Position numbers and translations under genes: made by a program. A model generated the notes under the pieces. The model did not search any database. It saw only the letters and a program-made list of their open reading frames with translations, and was not told the DNA's origin. This document shows positions 26,682 through 35,271 of a stretch of DNA of 40,716 nucleotides, one piece after another; the stretch's first letter is position 1, and each line of letters starts with the position of its first letter. This stretch comes from a virus (lineage: Duplodnaviria; Caudoviricetes), in IMG/VR virus record IMGVR_UViG_3300044724_002056, positions 1 to 40,716 of that record. One strand, written 5' to 3'.

Positions 26682-28658
26682 TTATCCCTCACAAGCACGA
26701 CATTCATCGTCTTCGTTTGTTTCTACTGGTTGATTAAAAAATACCATAAGTTCGTCATAACCCCCAACATACTCACCTTCAATATAGATTTGAGGGACTG
26801 TTTTGACTTTACGACCTGTAACTTCGGCAGCAGTTTTTCCAATATCTTTCAGGTTGATATAATCATAAGGAATACCTCTTAACTTGAGTTCTTCCTTTGC
26901 CATAGAACAGAACGGACAATCTAGTTTACCATAAATTATGGTGCGAGTATCACCTTGAAGGGCAACACGTTCTACTTTTTCCGATACGTTCTCTGCTCTT
27001 TGTTTTGCTTCTGTACGTAGATAGTATAGACCCTTGAGTCCTTTCTTCCACGCATTCAAATGCACTCTGTTCACATAAGATTTCTCTGAACCAGCTGGGA
27101 AGAACAGGTTAACACTCTGTCCTTGACAAATAAACTCTTGACGCTCTGAAGCGTGAGTGATTACCCAGTCTTGGTCAAGTTCATCCGCAGTCTTAAAGAT
27201 TGCTTTCTCACCTTCAGTTAGTTCAGGAAGGTGTTGAACAGAACCTTTATTCGTAATGATTGAAGTCCAAGTGGAATCATTATTTATATCTTTTTCGTTT
27301 AGTAACTCAGTTAAATATCTATTTTTTACCAAGAAACTTCCTGCACGTGTTCTATGTGTATATGCATTCGCTTTCAATGGTTCAATAGAAGGACTGGTTG
27401 ATAGAATCACACCAGACGAGGCATTAGGAGCAATCGCAAGAAGGTGTGAGTTTCTTTTACCAGAACCAATACCGTCAGGATACTCTCCTCGTTCCTCTGC
27501 AAGTAATTCAGTTTCTTTATGTGCTTCTTCATTGATATGTTGGAATACAGTTCTGTTGATATCCCTTGCAGCTTCACTCTCCCACGCAACTCCGTGTTTC
27601 TGTAATAGAGAATGGAATCCCATTGCACCAAGACCTAAACTTCTTTCTCTTTCTGCGGAATACTTTGCTCTAGTAATAGTATCAGGTGCATTCTCAATAA
27701 AGTATTGAAGCACATTATCAAGCATACGAATGATATCACGAACAATAGTAGTGTCCTTCCATTCGTCATAGTATTCTAGATTGAGTGACGATAAACAACA
27801 TACCGCAGTTCTATCGTCAGAGGTTGGTAGGTGAATCTCATTACATAGATTACTACCGTGAATCTTTAGTCCTTTGTCTTTTAGTGGTTGAGGTAAACCT
27901 TTGTTTGCTGTATCAATAAAGTTTAGATAAGGTTCACCTGTACGGAAACGAATCTCTAGAAGACGTTCCCAGAGTTTACGTGCATTAACAGTTTCTTTTA
28001 CTTCGTTGTTCTTTGGGTCACGCAAATCAAAGTCTTCGTTATTGATTACTGCTTCCATAAACTCGTCAGTAATATTGATTGCGTTATGTAGGTTTAATGC
28101 TTTACGTTGTACGTCACCTGTAGGAATACGCATATTCATAAACTCTACAATATCTGGATGAGAGATATCCATATAAGCAGCATAAGAACCTTTTCTTGTT
28201 TTACCTTGACGGTATGCAATCATATCTGCGTCAACAGTATGTAGAAAAGGAATCGGGCCAGGTGCAATGTCTGATACGGTTCTTACGTCAGACCAGTGTC
28301 CACCGACACCACCACCATAAACGGATAACCAACGTAGTTCGGATGAGTGACCGATAAGTCCTTCTAGAGTGTCAGGAACATAAGTAAGGAAACACGAGAT
28401 AGGCATTCCTTTACTTTTTGTGTCGTGACCGTTGGGTGCATTGGATAATACAGGAGACGCAAACATAAACCACTTATTAGACACATAGTCGTATAGACGT
28501 TGTGCGAGTTCTTCGTCTCCATTACTCCACGCTGTTGATGCCCTTGCGAATCCTTCTTGAGGACTCTTTTCATAATCATTAAGGTAAAATTCTTTTAACA
28601 TTCCAACTGCGTATTCCGCTAGCAGTTTGTCCTTTTTCTTATCAATTTTTAGGGGCAT
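26682..28658 (-). CDS. nrdA: Class I ribonucleotide reductase alpha subunit with a fused glutaredoxin domain
   Basis: PISCF, SNLCNE, VCCLSS, AIAPNASS, GLYYLR, then Grx (CPFC...TVPQI...VGGYDEL) and terminal CRACEG; no N-terminal ATP cone. Confidence 0.96.
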   Translation of the reverse strand: MPLKIDKKKDKLLAEYAVGMLKEFYLNDYEKSPQEGFARASTAWSNGDEELAQRLYDYVSNKWFMFASPVLSNAPNGHDTKSKGMPISCFLTYVPDTLEGLIGHSSELRWLSVYGGGVGGHWSDVRTVSDIAPGPIPFLHTVDADMIAYRQGKTRKGSYAAYMDISHPDIVEFMNMRIPTGDVQRKALNLHNAINITDEFMEAVINNEDFDLRDPKNNEVKETVNARKLWERLLEIRFRTGEPYLNFIDTANKGLPQPLKDKGLKIHGSNLCNEIHLPTSDDRTAVCCLSSLNLEYYDEWKDTTIVRDIIRMLDNVLQYFIENAPDTITRAKYSAERERSLGLGAMGFHSLLQKHGVAWESEAARDINRTVFQHINEEAHKETELLAEERGEYPDGIGSGKRNSHLLAIAPNASSGVILSTSPSIEPLKANAYTHRTRAGSFLVKNRYLTELLNEKDINNDSTWTSIITNKGSVQHLPELTEGEKAIFKTADELDQDWVITHASERQEFICQGQSVNLFFPAGSEKSYVNRVHLNAWKKGLKGLYYLRTEAKQRAENVSEKVERVALQGDTRTIIYGKLDCPFCSMAKEELKLRGIPYDYINLKDIGKTAAEVTGRKVKTVPQIYIEGEYVGGYDELMVFFNQPVETNEDDECRACEG

Positions 28659-28728
28659 TATTTTTCCATAGAGTATAGTTTTTTAGAGCGTAATACTATA
28701 TATCACACTTAAGTTTTTTAGTTTGTGT

Positions 28729-28757
28729 AGTATACCCTAGTCAGGGTAAAAAGTCAA
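28729..28757 (-). promoter_or_regulatory. sigma70-like promoter for nrdAB
   Basis: TTGACT-17 nt-TATACT in the intergenic gap upstream of nrdA. Confidence 0.7.
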
Positions 28758-28760
28758 GTT

Positions 28761-29222
28761 TTATTTTCTACGAGACTTATCTATTGCACGAGACCCAAAC
28801 CAGAATGATATAATAGCGGCAAAGATTGCCTTTGTATCGTCATCCCAGAGGATATTGATTGCTTCACTGAAATCTGAACCCTTCTCTAATGCTTCCATTA
28901 GTAGAGTGATTTCAATAACCGCAAAGAGACCGAAGAAACAATAGGTAATAACTGGTCGTACAGATTTCTGTAGTCCTGCAATAAAACCTGTTCCTTGGTT
29001 GATAGAAATATCGTGTTGTATCAATCTTTCGTGTTCGTTATCCCTTGCTTGGGTTTCAAACATTTTCATTTCGTGGTCAAAACCAGCAGCACGAAGTTCT
29101 GCCATTTTTTCCATCTTTTGTAATTCAAATTTGTTATCTGATTTTGTTTTAAAGTGTTCAGTGATTGCAGGGACAACAGACCCACTAAATCCTAATACAC
29201 TACCAAGTAATCCACTTAACAT
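28761..29222 (-). CDS. Holin-like membrane protein (GTA 3TM holin family-like)
   Basis: SVRPVITY and FWFGSR motifs, hydrophobic helices, basic C-terminus. Confidence 0.72.
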   Translation of the reverse strand: MLSGLLGSVLGFSGSVVPAITEHFKTKSDNKFELQKMEKMAELRAAGFDHEMKMFETQARDNEHERLIQHDISINQGTGFIAGLQKSVRPVITYCFFGLFAVIEITLLMEALEKGSDFSEAINILWDDDTKAIFAAIISFWFGSRAIDKSRRK

Positions 29223-29485
29223 TATTTACTCCTATTATATTTTTTAATAGAATCTTTTGCAGACTTCATCATTCTTTTTTGATGTGCTTGTTGTTGAGAT
29301 TGAGTTCTCTTCTTCATTCTATCTGCGATTCTTTCTTCAAATTTTTCAAATCGTTTAACTATTTCAGGTTTCTTTTTCTTTTTCTTATCAAGATAGACAG
29401 GAACAGTACTACTATCGTCACCTGCACCTGCGACTGCACCTGTAGCGGTCATTTCTTCTTCAAACCAATTTTTAAAACCTTTCAT
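29222..29485 (-). CDS. Small putative internal head protein
   Basis: MKGFKNWFEE capsid-targeting-like start, Gly/Ala stretch, Lys run. Confidence 0.6.
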   Translation of the reverse strand: MKGFKNWFEEEMTATGAVAGAGDDSSTVPVYLDKKKKKKPEIVKRFEKFEERIADRMKKRTQSQQQAHQKRMMKSAKDSIKKYNRSK

Positions 29486-30081
29486 CGAGTTATCTCCCCT
29501 GTAGAGAAATACACCGTTTGATTAGAGTTCATGTGTATTCCTTTATAGATATCTAATCCAAGTATTTCTGTAATAGGATAGGATTCAGATTCTACGATTC
29601 TAATTTTGTCGTCTTTCTTTACAATGTCTTCGCATTGTGTTGTTATGGTATCATATTTAATACGATAGACCCCAGGCGACATTTGTTTGTCATCTAGGAT
29701 AAACCATTGGGATTCTTCAGCAAGAACGTCAAGAATGTCAATCCCAGTCTCTTCGTGGATTTCCATTAATCTCTTATCATTTAATTCACCGTGTTCTTTG
29801 ATAAGAGCGAGTGCTGCTCCATAACGTGCAATAACTGATTGACCGCCAGGCACTTTTGCCATTAGACGTTTTAGATTAAATACGAGACGATGAAACGGTG
29901 TATAGTGAGAACGATATGCCTCACGGTCATCAGTACTATTCGTATTGAATTCCTTATTCTTTTGACCGTCTTTGTCTATAATACCTGCCTTGAATGCTTC
30001 GGTCTTCTCAAACGGAGTGACCAATAGTTTCAAGAAACGAATCGTATAAACTAAGTCTGCTGCTGATTTTAATATTCCCAT
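29482..30081 (-). CDS. Conserved T4-like phage late protein
   Basis: DLVYTIRFLKLLVTPFEKTEAFKAGIIDKDG and YTPFHRLVFNLKR motifs; late promoter immediately upstream. Confidence 0.75.
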   Translation of the reverse strand: MGILKSAADLVYTIRFLKLLVTPFEKTEAFKAGIIDKDGQKNKEFNTNSTDDREAYRSHYTPFHRLVFNLKRLMAKVPGGQSVIARYGAALALIKEHGELNDKRLMEIHEETGIDILDVLAEESQWFILDDKQMSPGVYRIKYDTITTQCEDIVKKDDKIRIVESESYPITEILGLDIYKGIHMNSNQTVYFSTGEITR

Positions 30082-30086
30082 AGTCT

Positions 30087-30094
30087 TATTTATA
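30087..30094 (-). promoter_or_regulatory. T4-type late promoter
   Basis: Exact TATAAATA overlapping the stop of the upstream gene, 5 nt before ATG 30081. Confidence 0.6.
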
Positions 30095-31481
30095 TGTTTT
30101 GTTCCATACAGTGAGGTACAGTTGCGTCAAAAATGTTATTAAATATCTCATCATAATCTGCATACAACACGTCTTTATGTGGTGTTACACATTTATATTG
30201 AAACTTCTCCAATATTTTTCTTTGAATAGGAGAATCCATTGCATTGTCTTCTAAAAACTTTCTACTGGTCTTAAACACTTCGTGGAAAATTCTTCTATCA
30301 TTATATAGAGACGTGGTAAGTACATCATTATTACAACTAATCGCACGAGTATAAAACTTCGGTGTTATTAGTTTTAACATATCATATTCCATTATATCAT
30401 AGTCTCTTTTAGAAGTCAACCACTTTTTATTAAATTCTTCTACATAAGTATCTGTAGTTTTATGTGTTCCAAGAGTATAGGAAGCACCGTAGTGATGTTT
30501 CTTAGTTTCTATATCTTCCATAATCTTGTTCTTAATATACCATTCACTCTCACTATAATACTTAAGACTTAACATATGCATATGCGGAATCAAATCACGG
30601 AAGAACATTTCATCACCATTAACACCATATAGAACAATGTCAGGGTTTGCTTCCTCCACTTGTATCATAGTTGGTAGAATAGTACACCAACGAGTAGACG
30701 AATCTCTTAAAAATCTATGTGTATATTCTTTATTCTTTTTACACTCATATGTCCACATAGTTGTGTTTTCAAAGTTTTCGGATGCAATTTGTTTATATTT
30801 AAATCCGTCCTTACCTGCATCACACGGATAAATGTGATAAAGATATTGTGGGTCTTCTTTAAAGTATTGAGACTGAACCGCAGAATCTATTCCTTCACTT
30901 AAGGATATAAAACGATTCTTATAATTATCTTTGATTACTTGTGCGTGTTGAGTCATACACTCGTGAATATAATCAACCAGTTCATCAATTTCCCATATCT
31001 CTTGTTCTAATGCATCTTTACAATCTTGAACATAATCATATACAGGAAGGAATGATTGAATATGACCAAAGAAAGTTGCACATTCGTTTGGTGATATCTC
31101 ACGTGCATTTATATCATAACGAAGATAATTTCTAACAATATCTTCTTCTTTGATTGTCATATATGGTAAATGATTGGTAATCTCAATTCCATACTTGTCC
31201 GCAGTAAAGACCTTGTGATTGTTAAAGTAGTCTAGTGCTATCTCATAATCGGTCTTGGTCAGTTTAACTGCAAAGAAGTTTCCGTTTGCTTCGTGAAAAC
31301 TAAAGTCTGAAGCGACTTCTTCTATATCACCCTCAATCAGATATCCAGAATAAAGAACAATAAAGTCTTTTCCCTTATAGACAGATACTTTGTCATCGTG
31401 AAAAAATACCCATTTACCATAGGTATCACAAAGAGTCTTTTTGGTAAACTTATTACCGTCATCGCAGATAAAGAACTTCAT
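30090..31481 (-). CDS. Asparagine synthetase-like ATP pyrophosphatase (PP-loop)
   Basis: Ntn-like N domain (YSGYL, ANGNFFAV, DYF), ISLSEGIDS PP-loop variant, GVNGDEMF; no N-terminal catalytic Cys2. Confidence 0.7.
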   Translation of the reverse strand: MKFFICDDGNKFTKKTLCDTYGKWVFFHDDKVSVYKGKDFIVLYSGYLIEGDIEEVASDFSFHEANGNFFAVKLTKTDYEIALDYFNNHKVFTADKYGIEITNHLPYMTIKEEDIVRNYLRYDINAREISPNECATFFGHIQSFLPVYDYVQDCKDALEQEIWEIDELVDYIHECMTQHAQVIKDNYKNRFISLSEGIDSAVQSQYFKEDPQYLYHIYPCDAGKDGFKYKQIASENFENTTMWTYECKKNKEYTHRFLRDSSTRWCTILPTMIQVEEANPDIVLYGVNGDEMFFRDLIPHMHMLSLKYYSESEWYIKNKIMEDIETKKHHYGASYTLGTHKTTDTYVEEFNKKWLTSKRDYDIMEYDMLKLITPKFYTRAISCNNDVLTTSLYNDRRIFHEVFKTSRKFLEDNAMDSPIQRKILEKFQYKCVTPHKDVLYADYDEIFNNIFDATVPHCMEQNI

Positions 31482-31924
31482 CGTATTTTTAATTCACCTT
31501 GTTTAGTATATAACCATACAGACATTTCTTTACCTTCACTTACTAATATCTCTTCAACTAATGTGTCTAGTTTTTGTTTGTTGTTATGATACTGAATCTC
31601 TGGTGGTAATGTTTTATCCAATGATAAAATACCAATTTGACCTTTACTTTTATGAGCAACGAATCCAAAGTCCTTTGGTCTGTAATGGTCTTCTAAGTCA
31701 TGTTCAATATAAGAACACCAAAACTCTTGACATATGCGTGGTTTATCTTCGTGAATAGAACACCCAGTATCGCAGAGTTTATTACAAGTACTCCACGCAC
31801 CATAGTCTACACCATACTTTTCTGCTTCGTTGTATCGGTCTGCAAACTTCCAATCACCAGTATATCCCATAGTCTCACAACATACGGTGCAGTCTCCACA
31901 ACGTGATTCGTCAGGGGTTATCAT
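31478..31924 (-). CDS. YkgJ/FliB-like cysteine-cluster (putative Fe-S or Zn) protein
   Basis: CGDCTVCC...C..L...GCSIHEDKPRICQEFWC. Confidence 0.8.
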   Translation of the reverse strand: MITPDESRCGDCTVCCETMGYTGDWKFADRYNEAEKYGVDYGAWSTCNKLCDTGCSIHEDKPRICQEFWCSYIEHDLEDHYRPKDFGFVAHKSKGQIGILSLDKTLPPEIQYHNNKQKLDTLVEEILVSEGKEMSVWLYTKQGELKIR

Positions 31925-32280
31925 ATTTCTCTCAAAGCTTCTACTACTGTTTTATCCATATCAATATTGGTATATTCAGTGTTCTTTATTGCTTTGAGAA
32001 AAATTAGAAAGGGTTTGAGTACACCCCAATGTTCTAGTTCAATCTTGAGTTCTAGGATATTTAATCCTGCCTCATAACCAAATACATTGAATATAACTAT
32101 AAGGTGATTGAGAATGAGACGTTCTGACAATACGTCATTGTCTCTATAACGATTGAGTAATCGTTTGATATATTTAAATCTTTTTAAGTCTTCAAAGAAC
32201 TCTTCACTATCAATACATTTAGGATTGTGATAGTTCTGGGCAGCATATAAAACAATATTGTCTTTTGTCAGTTTCATCAT
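31921..32280 (-). CDS. Conserved T4-like phage hypothetical protein
   Basis: YHNPKC..EEFFEDLKRFKYIKRLL..ERLILNHLI..NVFG, recognised from marine T4-like phages. Confidence 0.8.
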   Translation of the reverse strand: MMKLTKDNIVLYAAQNYHNPKCIDSEEFFEDLKRFKYIKRLLNRYRDNDVLSERLILNHLIVIFNVFGYEAGLNILELKIELEHWGVLKPFLIFLKAIKNTEYTNIDMDKTVVEALREI

Positions 32281-32292
32281 ATAGTTATGTAT

Positions 32293-32313
32293 AAGGGGAC
32301 GATGTGTCCCCTT
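32293..32313 (-). terminator. Intrinsic terminator-like hairpin
   Basis: AAGGGGAC-GATGT-GTCCCCTT 8-bp stem just after the stop at 32317. Confidence 0.65.
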
Positions 32314-32316
32314 TAA

Positions 32317-32664
32317 TTAATTGTCAATAATTTCGCTGACTTCTTCAATCAATGTTGATTTATTTTTTCTACGGTCTAGTTCAATACCGTGTTGACGACC
32401 TAATGCTTCTAACTCTACTTTGGTCATCTCTTCTAGAGACTTGTTACCAATAGGTGCTTCAGTTAAAACTTGAGCAGTCTTTTTAAAGTTATTTCTAGGT
32501 TTTGGAACTTCTTTCAGAACTTTCTTAGGTTTAACACCGTGAAACTCATCAATCTGTTCTTGGGTGAATCCACCAGAGACATATAGTTCTCCAGTATTAG
32601 GGTCTTCCCATCCATTTAATGTTGGGACTGCGTTTTCACACCAGTTGGGGGCTTTTATAGTCAT
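32317..32664 (-). CDS. Protein with a C-terminal Rho_N/HeH-like nucleic-acid-binding domain
   Basis: LEEMTKVELEALGRQHGIELDRRKNKSTLIEEV; AGGAG Shine-Dalgarno. Confidence 0.7.
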   Translation of the reverse strand: MTIKAPNWCENAVPTLNGWEDPNTGELYVSGGFTQEQIDEFHGVKPKKVLKEVPKPRNNFKKTAQVLTEAPIGNKSLEEMTKVELEALGRQHGIELDRRKNKSTLIEEVSEIIDN

Positions 32665-32682
32665 AATATCTCCTACTATAAT

Positions 32683-32946
32683 TTAGTGACTGAATCCTAC
32701 AGCAGCACCTAAGACAGCAGCATTAGTAGCAAATATTTCGTCTGTAGTATTTTTGTAGATAATTTCAGATTCGCCAGCACAAAGTGTAAACGAACCAACC
32801 AGAACATTACCAGAAGTTTCTACTGAAACAACATAGTTTGTTGCACTGGGATTTACTACACGTACTGCGGATGCATTGGCGAAACTAGAACCGTTTCCAG
32901 TTCCAACTCCTAATGCGGATTGTGCTCCTAATAGTTTAAGTGCCAT
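32683..32946 (-). CDS. Small beta-rich putative virion protein
   Basis: 87 aa rich in Ala/Gly/Val/Ser, in a late operon. Confidence 0.6.
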   Translation of the reverse strand: MALKLLGAQSALGVGTGNGSSFANASAVRVVNPSATNYVVSVETSGNVLVGSFTLCAGESEIIYKNTTDEIFATNAAVLGAAVGFSH

Positions 32947-32951
32947 AATTC

Positions 32952-34019
32952 TTACCTTCTTCTTGCCATTCTTTCAAGAAATTCTTTTGCTTTCTTAGTT
33001 CTTGCGTCAAAAGGATTCTTTTCTTTCTCTTCTTTACCGTTTTTGATATTACCTGCAAGTTGTTCTCTTGCCATATCAACTAAAGATACAGAACCTTCTT
33101 GAGCATTTGCGTCAACTACTACTGCACCTTCTTTTATGTTTTTAGCAGGTGCTTCGGTTGACTTGACCACATTGGTGTCACCTGCTTGATTGTCTTGAGG
33201 ACGTTTACCAGACTTAGGTTTAGTTCCACCTTGTGCCTTGAAAGTTTTGGTGTGACCATCTTCTTCGTCATCTTCGTATTTCTTCTCAGACTTTCCTTTA
33301 TGTGCAGAAGTAAATTCTTTTGCTTTCGGAGAATCTTTAGAATCAATCTCTTCAGGTTTAGTTGCATTAGACTTCTGTTGTTTAGCAGCAGATTCCCACA
33401 TTTGATGTAGGTCTTTGATTGCGTCAACTAAATCTAAGTCTTCACCAATCTTAGAGATTTCTGGAGTCTTAGCTGTAGATGTGACTTTCTTCTTGTCGTT
33501 TTTCTTACCAGCAACTTTAGGCATTTCTTTTTCTTCTTCGTCTTCTTCTTCAGACTCTTCGTCTTCTTCTTCAGACTCTTCACCTTCTTCAGAATCCTTT
33601 TCTTCACCGTCTTTCTTAGGTGGGAAAGGTTTCTTCTTCTTAGGTTCGTCTCCGTTCTCGTCTTCTTCTTCTTTTAAAGCAGACTCAACGTTGTACTTCT
33701 TACCTGCGAATACAAAATCTTTTTCACCTTTTGCTTTTGCGTCTTTAGCTGCTTTGATGAAACCTCTTTTGCCTTCGTTCTTAGCAGGTTTCTTACCACC
33801 GTCAATCGCATCGTCAGTAGCGGCACGTCTCTTGTGGAGATACTCGTCAGAACTATCTACATCACCATCATTGTCAATGTCTTTGTCCTTACGGTCTTTG
33901 AATTTTTTGTCGTTTTCCTTGTCGTTAACAGGGTCGAGTTTTTTCTTTTCTTCGAGGGATTCGCCAGATGTAACCTTTAACCAAGCTTCACCTAGTCTTT
34001 TTATATCAGATGTTTTCAT
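32952..34019 (-). CDS. Highly charged low-complexity putative internal head/scaffold protein with a DxDxDG loop
   Basis: K/E-rich; DKDIDNDGDVDSSDEYLHKRR; acidic SEEEDEE repeat; GGAG Shine-Dalgarno. Confidence 0.65.
   Translation of the reverse strand: MKTSDIKRLGEAWLKVTSGESLEEKKKLDPVNDKENDKKFKDRKDKDIDNDGDVDSSDEYLHKRRAATDDAIDGGKKPAKNEGKRGFIKAAKDAKAKGEKDFVFAGKKYNVESALKEEEDENGDEPKKKKPFPPKKDGEEKDSEEGEESEEEDEESEEEDEEEKEMPKVAGKKNDKKKVTSTAKTPEISKIGEDLDLVDAIKDLHQMWESAAKQQKSNATKPEEIDSKDSPKAKEFTSAHKGKSEKKYEDDEEDGHTKTFKAQGGTKPKSGKRPQDNQAGDTNVVKSTEAPAKNIKEGAVVVDANAQEGSVSLVDMAREQLAGNIKNGKEEKEKNPFDARTKKAKEFLERMARRR
33535..33576. repeat. 21-bp in-frame tandem repeat (2 copies) in the acidic tract
   Basis: TCTTCGTCTTCTTCTTCAGAC twice, encoding SEEEDEE on the minus strand. 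Confidence 0.8.
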
Positions 34020-34031
34020 TAATGTTCTCCG

Positions 34032-34313
34032 TTACATCCAGAAGTAATTTACAATTGTACCAATCACGGCAACTGAAATTAAGTAAACTACTTTATTTAT
34101 GATTGAGACAGTTCTTGCGTTGTCATCAACCTTCTTTTCTATATCATCTAGTTTTTGTGAAAATCTGTTCATGCGGTCAAAGTTGTTATGATTGTTTCTT
34201 TCTATCGCAACAAGTTTCTCTTCCGCACGAGCAAGAGCAATCATTGCTTCCGATAATTTGTCAATTTTCTCTTCAATACGGTTTAATCTATCCGTTTGAG
34301 TTTCTCTTGCCAT
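34032..34313 (-). CDS. Coiled coil + C-terminal TM protein (XhlA/holin-like)
   Basis: RLNRIEEKIDKL...LARAEEKL coiled coil and one terminal hydrophobic helix. Confidence 0.65.
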   Translation of the reverse strand: MARETQTDRLNRIEEKIDKLSEAMIALARAEEKLVAIERNNHNNFDRMNRFSQKLDDIEKKVDDNARTVSIINKVVYLISVAVIGTIVNYFWM

Positions 34314-34331
34314 CTCAGGTTTCCCATTTAA

Positions 34332-35015
34332 TTAGATTATAGTGTTATTTATAAGAGTTTTATTCTTAACTCTATAACTTTCTATTGTTTCTTCCCATTC
34401 ATCACATAGACTATTATCTATACCTATGTAATCAATGACCTCCTCCAAAGTATCCCTTGATATAACTTTGTTACTATGTAACAACTCACAAGGGTCTATA
34501 ATTAAACAATCGTGGTCTTCAGGTATCATTTCCATAAACATATTAAAATAATATGCGTCTGATTGCCACGGTCTATCCCAAAATTCTTCAACATTAAAGA
34601 GATTACTCTCTATTAATCCTTTCATAATATTTGAATCTTCATCGTCAGGTTTAAGTCCTAACTTTAATTGTGCTAGTTTCTGGGTATATTCAAGACTTGC
34701 TTCAGTTCTTGATTTAAATATAACCGTCCTAGTTTCTTTCCAGTTATTCCAAAGATAATCAATCCAGAACTCAGGTTGTTTGGAAAAACCGTATCCGTGG
34801 TCTAACCTTAGATTCCATAAGTTCTTATCCCAGTTCGGAGTTTTAGCACCCATTTTAAAATGACTTGATATCAAATCATCTCTTTCTAAATGCCACCGTT
34901 CCTTTTTTGGGTCGTGTTGGAGTTCTTTGGTTGCAATCTCTGGGTGCTTTACTAAAAGTCCACCAAAGAATTCACCACCTGCTCCACCACGATATAATAA
35001 ATTAATTATCTTCAT
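34332..35015 (-). CDS. P-loop sulfotransferase-like protein
   Basis: Start MKIINLLYRGGAGGEFF, a degenerate 5'-PSB/P-loop; C-terminal IDPCEL...VIDYIGI pattern. Confidence 0.45.
   Translation of the reverse strand: MKIINLLYRGGAGGEFFGGLLVKHPEIATKELQHDPKKERWHLERDDLISSHFKMGAKTPNWDKNLWNLRLDHGYGFSKQPEFWIDYLWNNWKETRTVIFKSRTEASLEYTQKLAQLKLGLKPDDEDSNIMKGLIESNLFNVEEFWDRPWQSDAYYFNMFMEMIPEDHDCLIIDPCELLHSNKVISRDTLEEVIDYIGIDNSLCDEWEETIESYRVKNKTLINNTII
34346..34353 (-). promoter_or_regulatory. T4-type late promoter
   Basis: Exact TATAAATA 33 nt upstream of ATG 34313, within the last codons of the upstream gene. Confidence 0.7.
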
Positions 35016-35271
35016 ATATTCTAATAACCAAATCACCTTCACCTTTAATCAATCGGTGATATTCATTCTTTACAATACTATAACTATGTCCTTGCAATAA
35101 GTCCATAGGTATTTCGTTATCTATCTGTAACTGCCAACCGTATCCTTCTAGTACTACAAGAGTTCTATCTTTGAGGTCTCTATGCCAGATTAAATCTTCT
35201 TCTTTTACGTCCTCTCTAAAAACCCTTATTTTACCATTACGAAGTTTAAGTTCAGTATAAGGTTTTACCAA
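35002..35271 (-). CDS. Small cupin-like protein
   Basis: LIWHRD...VLEG.GW.LQ.DN...YHRLIKG. Confidence 0.65.
   Translation of the reverse strand: MVKPYTELKLRNGKIRVFREDVKEEDLIWHRDLKDRTLVVLEGYGWQLQIDNEIPMDLLQGHSYSIVKNEYHRLIKGEGDLVIRIYEDN

Noticed and set aside
25175-28658. Group I intron, intein or homing element in nrdA/nrdB
   Set aside because: Both reading frames are continuous and of expected length; the GIY-YIG gene is short and free-standing, DenA-like.
28692-28710. Possible NrdR box upstream of nrdA (ATACTATATATCACAC)
   Set aside because: Only the left half matches the palindromic consensus; equally explicable as a degenerate late promoter.
30090-31481. Lasso peptide gene cluster
   Set aside because: No precursor peptide, RRE or transglutaminase-like leader peptidase is visible nearby.
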